NCBI RefSeq assembly: GCF_001194135.2
Contig: NC_068982.1
Location: 10,868,898-10,932,897 of the forward strand
DNA: 64,000 nucleotides
DNA from: Octopus bimaculoides
Lineage: Eukaryota
Reading direction: 5' to 3'
The position numbers and the translations under genes are program-made. Below, in pieces: positions 53,019-64,000 of this stretch; the first letter of the stretch is position 1; each line of letters begins with the position of its first letter. A model generated the notes under the pieces. That model saw only the letters and a list, made by a program, of their open reading frames with translations. It had not been told where the DNA came from and did no database searches.

Positions 53019-53175
53019 GCGTAGGTCTGTTGCAAGACGCTTGCTTCTTAACCCCATGGCTCTCGGTTCAATCCCACTGCGTGGCAGCATGGGCAAGTGA
53101 CTTTAACTATAGCCTCGGAATGACCAAAGTTTTGTGAGTGGATTTGGTAGACGGAAACTGAAAGAAGCCTATCAC

Positions 53176-53219
<44 letters not shown>

Positions 53220-53229
53220 NNNNNNNNNN

Positions 53230-53309
<80 letters not shown>

Positions 53310-53540
53310 TGGCGTGTGTTGTGTGTGTATTTGTGTCTCTGTTTGTCCCCCACCAGTGTTTGACAACCAGTGTTGGTGTGTTTAGTAACCCCCAAACTAG
53401 TGGTTCGGCGGAAAGAACCGATAGAATAAGTAAGAAGCTTAGAAAAAGATTTAAGTCCTGGGATCGATTCATTCCACTACAATTTCTTCAAGGCGGTGCT
53501 CCAGCGTATCCGCAGTCAAATGACTGAAATTAAAGAGAAA
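53019..53540 (+). mobile_element. SINE family B with expanded internal microsatellite
   Basis: Head, body, (TA)/(TG) tract with gap 53220-53229, and tail. Confidence 0.85.
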
Positions 53541-53763
53541 AGATATAATTTGCATATATAAAACTTTCCTTCAACCCAAGCGGATGCGTTTTGCTGAAAA
53601 GCATCGATTTCCATCACTCCCAAATGGGATTGAAGCTGAGTTATCTCGCCTGTCTATGATTCCAAGGTATTTTAACACCGGCAACATGTTAGTTATACAC
53701 TCCGTATATATATTCAATAACACACACACTCTCTCACACACATACACACATACACACATACAT

Positions 53764-53865
<102 letters not shown>

Positions 53866-53877
53866 ATGTATATGACG

Positions 53878-54038
53878 TATAATATTTGTAAACAAACGCG
53901 AAAGGATGTGTAAGTTACGGAGAGAAATTTACTATGGAAGACTCATACAATAAAATATATTGTTATACTATTAGTCTTCCATAGTAGCTTTCTCTCCGTA
54001 ACTTACAAAGCCTTTCGCGTTTGTTTACAATTATTATA
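53878..54038. repeat. Foldback element: 70-bp inverted arms with 21-nt spacer
   Basis: 53878-53947 versus 53969-54038 differ at only about 6 positions. Confidence 0.9.
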
Positions 54039-54529
54039 TGTAGTATTAGACAGTTTAAGTATATATTCATTAAATTTAACTGAAATTGATAGGTAAGCGT
54101 TTGGCTCAATCAGATGTGCAAGGAACCGTGTTAGAGTTGATTTGTGAGTTCGATTCTGGCTGGGGTTAGCTCATAATTTTTCAGTCATTTGTTTTTATTT
54201 TAAAATTGTTGCTTCAAATCGGAGAATAAATTATTATTATGATATATTATTATACAGTTATATATATAAGGAAAATATTTATATATGTGTAGTTGCATGT
54301 AATTATATTTAAAGTTAATTTGGAAGTCATGTAATAAATGCGTAGAACTACATCTACACTCCTGTATACCCGAAGGGAAAATGTGAGGAAGACTTGTATC
54401 ATATTCCGAATTTCATTTGGTTTGGATTCTAAAGTTGGAAAGGTCACAGAGTATCTGACGAAAGTAAAACAAAACAGGCGTATTCATTCATAAGATATTC
54501 AGTTGCATTATACTATTTTTTTCATGTAG

Positions 54530-54531
<2 letters not shown>

Positions 54532-54598
<67 letters not shown>
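54532..54598 (+). repeat. (TG)n microsatellite
   Basis: Seen directly. Confidence 0.95.
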
Positions 54599-54600
<2 letters not shown>

Positions 54601-55659
54601 TGTGAGGAAATCAAGAAGTCATGAAATCTGAACAGTGAGAAAGGTAAATAGAAAGAAAGAAAGATAGAAAATCTATGAAAAATACACTGATAACATGGAA
54701 GATACATTACAGACATATCTACCAAAAGCTTTCGTGTGTGAGAATACATCGCTGTCTTGAAGTCTGAAATATAGATATTCTGAGTTGTTTGTGCAAGAAG
54801 ATGAACAGAGATAACTTTGACAATCAATAAATGTGCGCATCATTATTTAATATTCTCTTATTTCGTTTATGGATTTCTTTCGTTATAAATGTGTCACGTA
54901 CATATATATATATATATATATATANNNNNNNNNNNNNNNNNNNNNNNNNNNNNNNNNNNNNNNNNNNNNNNNNNNNNNNNNNNNNNNNNNNNNNNNNNNN
55001 NNNNNNNNNNNNNNNNNNNNNNNNNNNNNNNNNNNNNNNNNNNNNNNNNNNNNNNNNNNNNNNNNTATATATATCAGTGAGTACTAATTTACGTGTGTGT
55101 GTGTGTATGCATAGACGGTTTGCATACGACTTGCACATGCAAGTGCTACCAGTTGAAATCTCTGCATACCGGATGCTAGCAAGTGTATGGGGTCATCGGG
55201 AGAGAATGCGCGCCGTTTCGAGAATTAAGACGAAGGGGAGTGTTATTGTATTTTTTTAGTTCTTTGAGCACTTCAATCACCGCTGAAATGTGTTGGTGCA
55301 TGTGCAAAAGAAAGTATCGTTAAATACATCGTATAAAGTTATTTGCTTGCTCAAATCTAAGATTAAGCTAATGATCTTTAAGCTTAACAAACGAAAATGG
55401 GTTTTCTACGCCACTAATTGCCTTTTTTTCTCGAAGGTAATTAATGGCATAATTAAATTAAAATGGCATTCAAATAGAAATAGAATTTGCATGAGAAATG
55501 TGTTTGTCTAAGGCTTATCTCCTCCTTCACATCGCTCTTTTTACACTTAAGATTATTCCATGGAAATTTTCGCCCTTCAAATATATATACCTTTTGGGGT
55601 TTTTTTATTATCATTATTATTTGAGAATTGTTTTGATTAAGTCTTTAAAAGTAACTAAC

Positions 55660-55862
55660 AATAAGTCAAACCAATGAGATAATTGCTATGCAGTTGTCGA
55701 ATCAAAAGTAACAGCCAAATTTTCCTTAAATCAGAAAACAAGCATCTAATCTTGTAATTGTAGATACATTATATCTGACAATATCACCGGATGAAATATC
55801 TCTGATCATAGATCTGCATCTTCAAAATTAGCTCGGAGTTAAACAACAACAATAACAACAAC
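55660..55862 (+). mobile_element. Old interspersed repeat with (AAC)n tail; related copy at about 61520-61735
   Basis: Both loci share cagccaaat.t...c.t.aaat. This copy ends gttaaac(aac)n. Confidence 0.35.
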
Positions 55863-57382
55863 TTGAAGAAGTGAGAAATTTACTCGTAAATTATCCATAA
55901 ATCGTGAACAGAGTTTAGTGTTTAAAGGTGATAACATGATAAAGCATCTATTTATTAAAAATTAAGAATATGTTAAATGTTTGAAAATGCACGAAAGCTT
56001 CAGGGCGATTTTATTCTTTACAAAAAAAAAAATCATATATAATCCGCTAAAATGTCTTCAAAAGATGTTAGCGCGAATGCATTCTGTTACACATCTCCTG
56101 TGAATTTCTGACATTGTGTCTCAGAAAAAGAAATCAATATAATTATACATAATCAAACTGATTTATTGATTAGAATATCAATAGAATGTCAATCAACTCA
56201 CAAAGATATTTACATATCATAGTCTTGCAAAATCGAATATGATAATTGTGAGAATTTGACGTTTTATTTTAAATTGAAATGATATAAATGAAAAACAAAT
56301 ATTTCTGTTATTTTGATTTAGGTTTCAACGTATAGACTTTATTATAGCCTACATTGTTTCAAGTTTACATAGAAATATAGTTTTGTCGTATTTGATGAAT
56401 ACTAATTAAGTTTTATATTTGTTATTTGTCCTTTTATGACATCTCCGAATAAATTATATATTGTTCTATTTTAGATATAATTTGTTGTCTGAAATATTCT
56501 TTATTCTTCATTTTATATTTGCAATCCCACGACCGTGTGTTGCTACTACTGCTGCAATGCTAATATATGCACAGTTCAAAATAGGCAGTAATGCAACCAA
56601 TTCCGGCGTTTAAAATATATTGATTCCTGATTTAAGTTCTTCGGTATAATAAACCAGACAATTTAGGCGAGTAATATGATATATTAGAAGTAGCTGTGCT
56701 TCAAAATAGTAGATGATGATACATTATACTTCAAGCCTTGTCATTTAACAAAACCAAATTAAAAGAAAATAATGAGTCTCAGTTAATAATACCGAGTTGA
56801 AGAAAAATATAGTTATTCAATATATCTGTTTTAACAACATTGTGAGATGTGAAGCAAACATTAAACAATATCCTACGCAGAGAAGAACAATGCGGCGTGG
56901 GAAGATGACCTGCAGGAATGAGTCAAAAGGCTGCGACCTAACAACCGCATCCAAATTTGATGCAGCCATCTTGCAGCGATAATTCTTTTTGTTTTTTGTT
57001 TTTTTCCAAAAGATAAATACAATGAATAGTGCTCATGAAGTAATGTATTAATAAAACACCACTATATTTGTAAATATTTAAAAAATATTTTTTTTTAAAT
57101 ATAAAGAACGAGATAAAACAACACCATACGTGTAAATATTTATATTCGATCAGATCATCTTTATTTTTTTTTTGCAGGTGTGAAAGGTGTGAGTAGAACT
57201 ACACAAAATACGTCAATATTTTTTAAAAATCATTTTTTCTTTTACTTTTGCAATTTTCATTGTTATGCTACTTGACAACTCTCCAAGAGGTGTGATAAAG
57301 ATAGGTGTTACTACTCTTGTGTGCGAACTAACTGCTAATTTATATCTAGTTTCAAATCCATTGCATGATGGCAGCAGCGTGT

Positions 57383-57610
57383 TGGCACTCCGTCGCTTAC
57401 GACGTCGAGAGTAGCAGTTGATCCGATCAACGGAACAGCCTGCTCGTGAAATTAACGTGCAAGTGGCTGAGCACTCCACAGCACTCCCTTAACGTAGTTC
57501 TCGGGGATATTTAGCGTTACACAGTGTGACAAGGCTTACCCTTTGAATTACAGGCACAGCAGAAACAGGAAATAAGTGTGAGAGAAAGTTGTGGTGAAAG
57601 AGTACATCAG
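57383..57610 (-). mobile_element. SINE family C 3' part
   Basis: ggcactccgtcgcttacgacg...gatccgatcaacggaacagcctgctcgtgaaattaacgtgcaagtggctgagcactccac. Confidence 0.85.
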
Positions 57611-58250
57611 ATAAACAATCAGTTTGACTTTTCCATGATTTGACTTTCGTAGTTTGGAAGAAGAGGTGTGCTATAGCCATCAGAGATAATCAGGAACCGG
57701 GTAATTTGTTGTCAAAGATTGCGCGTCGAAGTTGCAAGAAAAACATGAGAATCTAGGGATTTTGAAATGGCCGACATTTAACAGATAAAAACTGATCATA
57801 TGAATAAAAGCAGGCATGATGGCTACTAGATACAACGGGGATGGTGAGAGTATCACAAAGTTGGTGTAGGACCTGCCAGCTCTGAGGTTCAAAACTCACT
57901 GTAGTAACACTACTTCCTTATCATCTACCCGTCTCTCTCTCTCTCTCTCTCTTACACTGACTATACACACACATACATACATATATAGAGACAGGAGGCG
58001 GTATGTCTATGAGCCATTTACGTCACTCTATTAGCATGTGGTTTGATACAAATCACTGCACTAGCCTTTGGCAAATTGTGTAGATTTTGTAATACGTGTT
58101 CGTTCAAGATTTCATTTCATAATTAAGCTTAAAATATTTCATACATTACTTTTACTCTTCATTCTGCATTGAGTAACTACTTTCAATACTTCCCTATCTA
58201 CCCCCGTCTTTCTCTATCTATCTCTCTCTCTCTGTCTCTCTATCTCTGTC

Positions 58251-58284
<34 letters not shown>

Positions 58285-58419
58285 CCTCTCTCTCTCTTTC
58301 ATACATATACACAGACACATTGAAGGACACGCATGCGTAGACACATACAATAGGAATACAAAATACAAAATGGCTGATAGTTAGCAAGGTGAGACACACA
58401 TAAGAAAGAAGGAAACAAA

Positions 58420-58464
58420 GGACCACTGATGAGGTCACAGAAGTGTGACGAAAGAACTCTGGCC
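58420..58464 (+). ncRNA. Minimal type I hammerhead ribozyme with canonical core (family H3)
   Basis: GGACCA-CUGAUGA-G-GUCACA(GAAG)UGUGAC-GAAA-GAAC-UC^UGGCC: 6-bp stem II, 2-bp stem III, and stem I with one mismatch. An identical copy at 58625-58669 is probably an assembly duplicate. Confidence 0.7.
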
Positions 58465-58786
58465 GAAATAAGATTAAGATTAAGATTAATGTAATATAAA
58501 GCTGAAAAAAAAAAAATTAACACCAAATATACAGTGCGTGTGTTTTTATTGGCTAAACTGGCAATATGACCNNNNNNNNNNATAGTTAGCAAGGTGAGAC
58601 ACACATAAGAAAGAAGGAAACAAAGGACCACTGATGAGGTCACAGAAGTGTGACGAAAGAACTCTGGCCGAAATAAGATTAAGATTAAGATTAATGTAAT
58701 ATAAAGCTGAAAAAAAAAAAATTAACACCAAATATACAGTGCGTGTGTTTTTATTGGCTAAACTGGCAATATGACCATCCCCAAGT

Positions 58787-58836
<50 letters not shown>

Positions 58837-59406
58837 TAAATAGCAGTGTAAACAAAAGATTTTTCGATGACCTCATTATATGGCTTATGGAATATTTTAC
58901 TCAAATATTAAATCTTACAATGAAAAGATAATTTCGCATTTAGTTTATTCTTTGCCTGCTTTTACCCATCATTGATAAACTGTTGTTATTACTGTTGAAA
59001 TTTCCTATGATAGAGCAAATCAACAGCTCAGAGAGACATCTCTGATAAAACAAATTTTCTGGAACATTCACGTCCAGTTGGTGCCTGAATGCCAAGAGAA
59101 AAGTAACTTAACGTTTGGTTAGGGATATGAGGCAATTGCTACTATACGTTACAAGAAATTCCCTTGTATGAGTCAGGAATAACATTATGTTGTCATGGGT
59201 GTCGCTATAGGAAGCAATTTTTCGTAAAGGTTTTATACTAAGTGCTTGTGTGAAGTTAATTTTATTTACAACTACAATATATACAAATGTACAGTATGGC
59301 AACAATATCAACATGATATTTACAGAAGTTTGTGTTAGCCAGAGAGAGACAGAGAAAGGGGGAGGAAAAACAGCAATAGATAGATGCATATATATATATA
59401 TATATA

Positions 59407-59570
59407 GTTGAAATTTACAGAAAAATAAAACACGAAGACAGGTGTATAAACAACAAGCAGGTGTATTAGTTTGACGCTCGGGAAAGAGAGAAAGTATTTT
59501 ACGTTTCGAGCCTACGCTCTTCATTAGAAAGGAACACGAGGAAATAAACAGAGAGAGAATTTTAAAAAAA
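59407..59570 (-). mobile_element. Short HHR-bearing repeat (family H2), third copy
   Basis: Homologous to 6485-6650 (gtattagtttgacgct...acgtttcgagc...acgctcttca). Abuts (TA)n. Confidence 0.7.
59496..59532 (-). ncRNA. Minimal hammerhead motif with variant core CUAAUGA
   Basis: CCUUU-CUAAUGA-A-GAGC(GUAG)GCUC-GAAA-CG-UA^AAAU, with a G5A change. Confidence 0.55.
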
Positions 59571-61739
59571 GCTTGTGGCTTTAGGTGTCAATCGTATATA
59601 TATAAACGTAGTATGTGATATATATATATATGTATGTATGTATGTATGTATACAGACAAATGTATTTATGTATATATATGCTTAAACATATATAAATGCT
59701 TATATGTATATATATATATATNNNNNNNNNNNNNNNNNNNNNNNNNNNNNNNNNNNNNNNNNNNNNNNNNNNNNNNNNNNNNNNNNNNNNNNNNNNNNNN
59801 NNNNNNNNNNNNNNNNNNNNNNNNNNNNNNNNNNNNNNNNNNNNNNNNNNNNNNNNNNNNNNNNNNNNNNNNNNNNNNNNNNNNNNNNNNNNNNNNNNNN
59901 NNNNNNNNNNNNNNNNNNNNNNNNNNNNNNNNNNNNNNNNNNNNNNNNNNNNNNNNNNNNNNNNNNNNNNNNNNNNNNNNNNNNNNNNNNNNNNNNNNNN
60001 NNNNNNNNNNNNNNNNNNNNNNNNNNNNNNNNNNNNNNNNNNNNNNNNNNNNNNNNNNNNNNNNNNNNNNNNNNNNNNNNNNNNNNNNNNNNNNNNNNNN
60101 NNNNNNNNNNNNNNNNNNNNNNNNNNNNNNNNNNNNNNNNNNNNNNNNNNNNNNNNNNNNNNNNNNNNNNNNNNNNNNNNNNNNNNNNNNNNNNNNNNNN
60201 NNNNNNNNNNNNNNNNNNNNNNNNNNNNNNNNNNNNNNNNNNNNNNNNNNNNNNNNNNNNNNNNNNNNNNNNNNNNNNATATATATATATATATATAATC
60301 GATTCTATAAATTAATATAAATTAGTCTTTGAAAGTTCGTCAACATGACTTCTTGCGTGTATTTTCCTGCAAGTCTGAAGATATTTAGATGGAATCTTTA
60401 CAACTTAGTTTCGTTATTGATTTTTCCCAGGATAAAATTCAATATATTGACCTAGGGTTAGAGTGAAATGGTTCTTTCCGTCTGGCAGGACAGTAGCATT
60501 GCTTCAGATATGAAAGTTATCTGACAAAGCAATCGATTATTTACGCTAGTTGAGGAATAGTTTTAATTCTTAAAGTGTAACGCTTACAAACAACAGCTGT
60601 GTTTCTGCCACCGAGTTTATTTCTATTCTAAAACTATCTAATATCAAACACAATCTTTTCCTTTTACGCAGCTTCATAGCTTGTGCGTTAGCAGAGTATA
60701 CGTGTGTATGTGTGCCAATGGGTATACCTTTAGCGCGTATATACATATATATGTGTTCGTCTGTATCTATATATGCGCATAGATATGTTTCCTTGTATGT
60801 GTACGCATGTACATATATGTATGCACACACACATTCATACAAATATATATGTGTGTGTGTGTGTGTGTGTATGTGTGTGTGTATATATACATGTATTATA
60901 TCATTAATATATAGTATATTTATATGGTATTGTCTTAGATTATTTATGCAATTGTTTTTATTTCCTACAAGTAATATTCTTATCATTTCTTCTGATTTTT
61001 TCATTTACCGTTTTCCATTTCGATCTCAAATTTTATTATTAACTTAAATCAGAACATTTGTGGTCTCTTTTGTCAGTATTGCTAAAGAAGACTAGAAAAG
61101 CTATCCTGAATTATAAATTATTCTGGCAAGTGAGACCATATTATTGAAACAACCGATACGAACATTCAATGGAAAATTGAATCAAATATGTGCTTATTAT
61201 GAATATGACAGTCTTTATATTTCATGATTCATAGATTCATAATGCGTGTGTGTGTGTGTGTAATTCTTACGTATATTTTTAGCATGCATATTCAATTTAC
61301 TTATCTACACAACGATGTTACGTAATTCTTCCTATGTAGGTTCACGTTCCTATATTTATTGATAATCTGGCTTTTAGTTATTTACCAGTGATCGTCTGCT
61401 CCAAAGTTTTATATTCATATAATAAACGTTTGACTTGTCAGTCATTTCCAGTATGTTCATCTTCTTCCATATATACTACCATCTTTTCAAAGCATTTTTA
61501 GTAGTCACTGGTGGCTGAATCATATTTTGAAGGAGGATTTTGCTTGAATCTCTCGAAAACCGAGCTAACAAAAAACCTCTTTTAACAGCAGCCAAATATT
61601 TCATCAAATTACACTCTAATATTTTCAACAAGTGAAGGGTACATTGTATAATGTATTCCTAGATAACCTTGTAAAAGACGAGTTGTTCCTAACTGGAATG
61701 CTTTATATAATATGTCTCCATGCTCAGAATTTACTTTCT

Positions 61740-63065
61740 TTTCTAATTAATCTATTCTACTTCAAGCACATGGCCTGAAATTCATGGGTAAGGGGCTAGT
61801 CGATTACAACGACCATAGTATTCTACTGGTATATAATTTATCGGCCTCGAAAGGATCAAGGCAAAGTCCACCTCGGCGGAATTTGAATTCAGACTGTTAA
61901 GACAGACGAAAGGCCGCTAAGCGTATTGTCCAGCGTGTCAATGATTCTGTGAGTTCGTTGCCTTAATTAGGATTAAATGAAGGTTTCAAATTTTGGTACA
62001 ACTCTTTCGGGGAAGAGGGTCAGTCGATTACAACGACTCCATTACTCAACTGGTACTTATTTCATCGACCCCGAAAAGATGAACGGCAAGGCCGACCTCG
62101 GCGGAATTTGAACTCGGAACGTGCAGTTCTATATTTTAAAGATGAAGAATTATGTACATTATTTACATTAACCACTATGCTATATGCTCGTGGGCTATAT
62201 GCCCACGGGCATGTAGCGTAGTGGTTAATGAAAATAATGTAATGAAGGCCGGAGGGTATGTCAGCCGAAATTTTGTGTTAACAACAAACAAGATGAGGAC
62301 AAATATCCGTCAATCTAAATAATGTTCAGAACGTACAAACAGACGAAATGCCGCTAAACATATTGTCCGACGAGATAACGACTCTGCCAGCCCGCTGCTT
62401 TGATTAGTATTACATAATCCTTTATATTATAGGCACAAGGCCTGGAATTTGATGGCTGGGGATAGTTGATCACATCGATCCCCAGTACTTGATTGATACT
62501 GAATTTATCAATCTCCAAAGGATGAAAGACGGAATTCGAACTCAGAACGGAAATACGGACGAAATGCCGCTAAACATTTCGTCCGGTGTGCTAACGATTC
62601 TGCCAGCTCGCCATCTTTGATTAGTATTAAATAATCCTTTCTTCTCAAAAGCACAAGACCTGAAATTTGTAGGGAAGGGAATAGTCGATTACATTGACCT
62701 AAGTCTTTCACTGGTACTTAATTTATCGACCCCGAAAGGATGAAAGGCAAAGTCGACTCCGGCGGAATTTGAACACAGAGCGTAAAGACAGACGAAATAA
62801 CGCTAAGCATCTAGCCCGGTGTGCTAACGATTCTCATTTCTTTATTGCCCACAAGGGGCTAAACATAGAGGGAACAAACAAGGACAGACGAACGGATTGA
62901 GTCGATTACATCGACTCCAGTGCGTAACTGGTACTTAATTTATCAACCCCGAAAGGATGAAAGGCAAAGTCGACTCCGGCGGAATTTGAACACAGAGCGT
63001 ATAGACAAACGAAATACCGCTAAGCATCTTGCCCGGTGTGCTAACGATTCTGCCAGCTCGATGCC
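61740..63065 (-). mobile_element. Dense cluster of at least five SINE family A copies, including an A2+A1 dimer at about 62640-63065
   Basis: Repeated ggcaaagtcgac...ggcggaatttgaac motifs. Confidence 0.85.
62127..62325. mobile_element. Rearranged family H1 element with fold-back and degenerate hammerhead, inserted in a SINE A copy
   Basis: taatgaaggccggagggtatgtcagccgaaattttgtgttaacaacaaacaagatgaggacaaatatccgtc matches 11290-11359. The reverse-complement tail lies at 62127-62168. Confidence 0.7.
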
Positions 63066-63893
63066 TTTAATTAGTATTAAATAATTAACGACAATAATCA
63101 ACCAGGGACGTCCTTGCAATCCACGCATTTTAAAAATTTTCTTTCTTTTTTTTTTTTTTTTGATCACATCAAATACTTTACACTATTCTTGACATCTTTC
63201 ATCTTATATTTTCTTTTCAAAACGCAGCCATCGTTCACAGACATATGCCGTCTATTTACACAGCACATCCTTCCAAAAACATAAAATATTGTAATATTAG
63301 ACAAATTAGTTAAATTTCACAAAACAAATTTACTAAAAGAAAAGAACTAAAATTTAATTTTTAACACGACAATTCCCTTGGAACTCCAACCATTCAAATG
63401 AACACACTTTATACATCTGACAATATAATATAGTTAAAAAGTGTATATCACACAACCTGTGTCACCTCCTTAGTTTCCAAACTTCTTTGTTTACAATGCA
63501 GAAATTCTATTCTATGATTGAGTGTTTTTAGTTTTACCTACTCCACTCCTATTCTCGACCATGTCTAAGTTAACTCTGTCAGTTTTATATGCAAACGTTT
63601 ATACATCATTTCATCAACCTCTTATTCACTAACGATCTCCAGCGTATTTTGATCCTTCTACAATTACAACGTGCACCCAGCTTTTTTGAAACTTCCAATT
63701 CAATACCTTCCAAAGACTCGGTTGTTTCCACCATTATCTTTTCCTTCACATTCTGTGAAACCCGAGATTCTATGTAAAACACTTTTTATGGATTTCCCAT
63801 TAAACTCTCTATAAAGAACTCTGAACATACTTATACGCAACTACCATCATTTATTATCCAGTAATTCAAATTAAGGAAGTAATTAATTCAAGA

Positions 63894-63901
63894 CAGATAG
63901 A

Positions 63902-63947
<46 letters not shown>

Positions 63948-63960
63948 CACAGACAGACAG
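63894..63960 (+). repeat. (GATA)n(GACA)n microsatellite
   Basis: Seen directly. Confidence 0.95.
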
Positions 63961-64000
63961 GTACTGATCCTCCTAAGACACAACGATATTAAATACATGC

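Noticed and set aside
56820-56975. Minus-strand ATG in good context (MAASNLDAVVRSQPFDSFLQ...)
   Set aside because: It is only about 50 codons, has no clear donor and no recognisable family.
58582-58776. Apparent tandem repeat of a 195-bp HHR-containing unit (retrozyme-like dimer)
   Set aside because: The two units appear identical, including the 12-A tract, and meet at a 10-N gap. This is typical of unmerged overlapping contig ends.

Overview
AT-rich eukaryotic DNA with 12 N-gaps, most of them abutting (TA)n tracts. The window is dominated by microsatellites and at least five families of short interspersed repeats. From memory, the SINE sequences and composition look like an octopus (Octopus bimaculoides-like) assembly; this is inference, not a database result. 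I cannot identify any host protein-coding gene with confidence. The window looks intronic or intergenic, with a few orphan candidate exons and one unusually long orphan ORF. Mobile DNA includes: dozens of tRNA-derived SINE copies (my labels A, B, C/D, F), many with exact target-site duplications (TSDs); a full-length decayed Tc1 (DD34E) element at 14420-15731; a second Tc1 5' fragment; two TA-flanked MITEs; a GG-ended MITE with an exact 8-bp TSD and a central telomere-repeat hairpin; and a 70-bp-arm foldback. The most interesting signal is minimal type I hammerhead ribozyme (HHR) motifs in three unrelated short repeats. One has a canonical core and sits downstream of a tRNA-like Pol III head (11283-11327). 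One has a canonical core at 58420-58464. A third family has three copies with point-mutated cores (4184, 6580, 59496). All carry one extra purine after core position A9.
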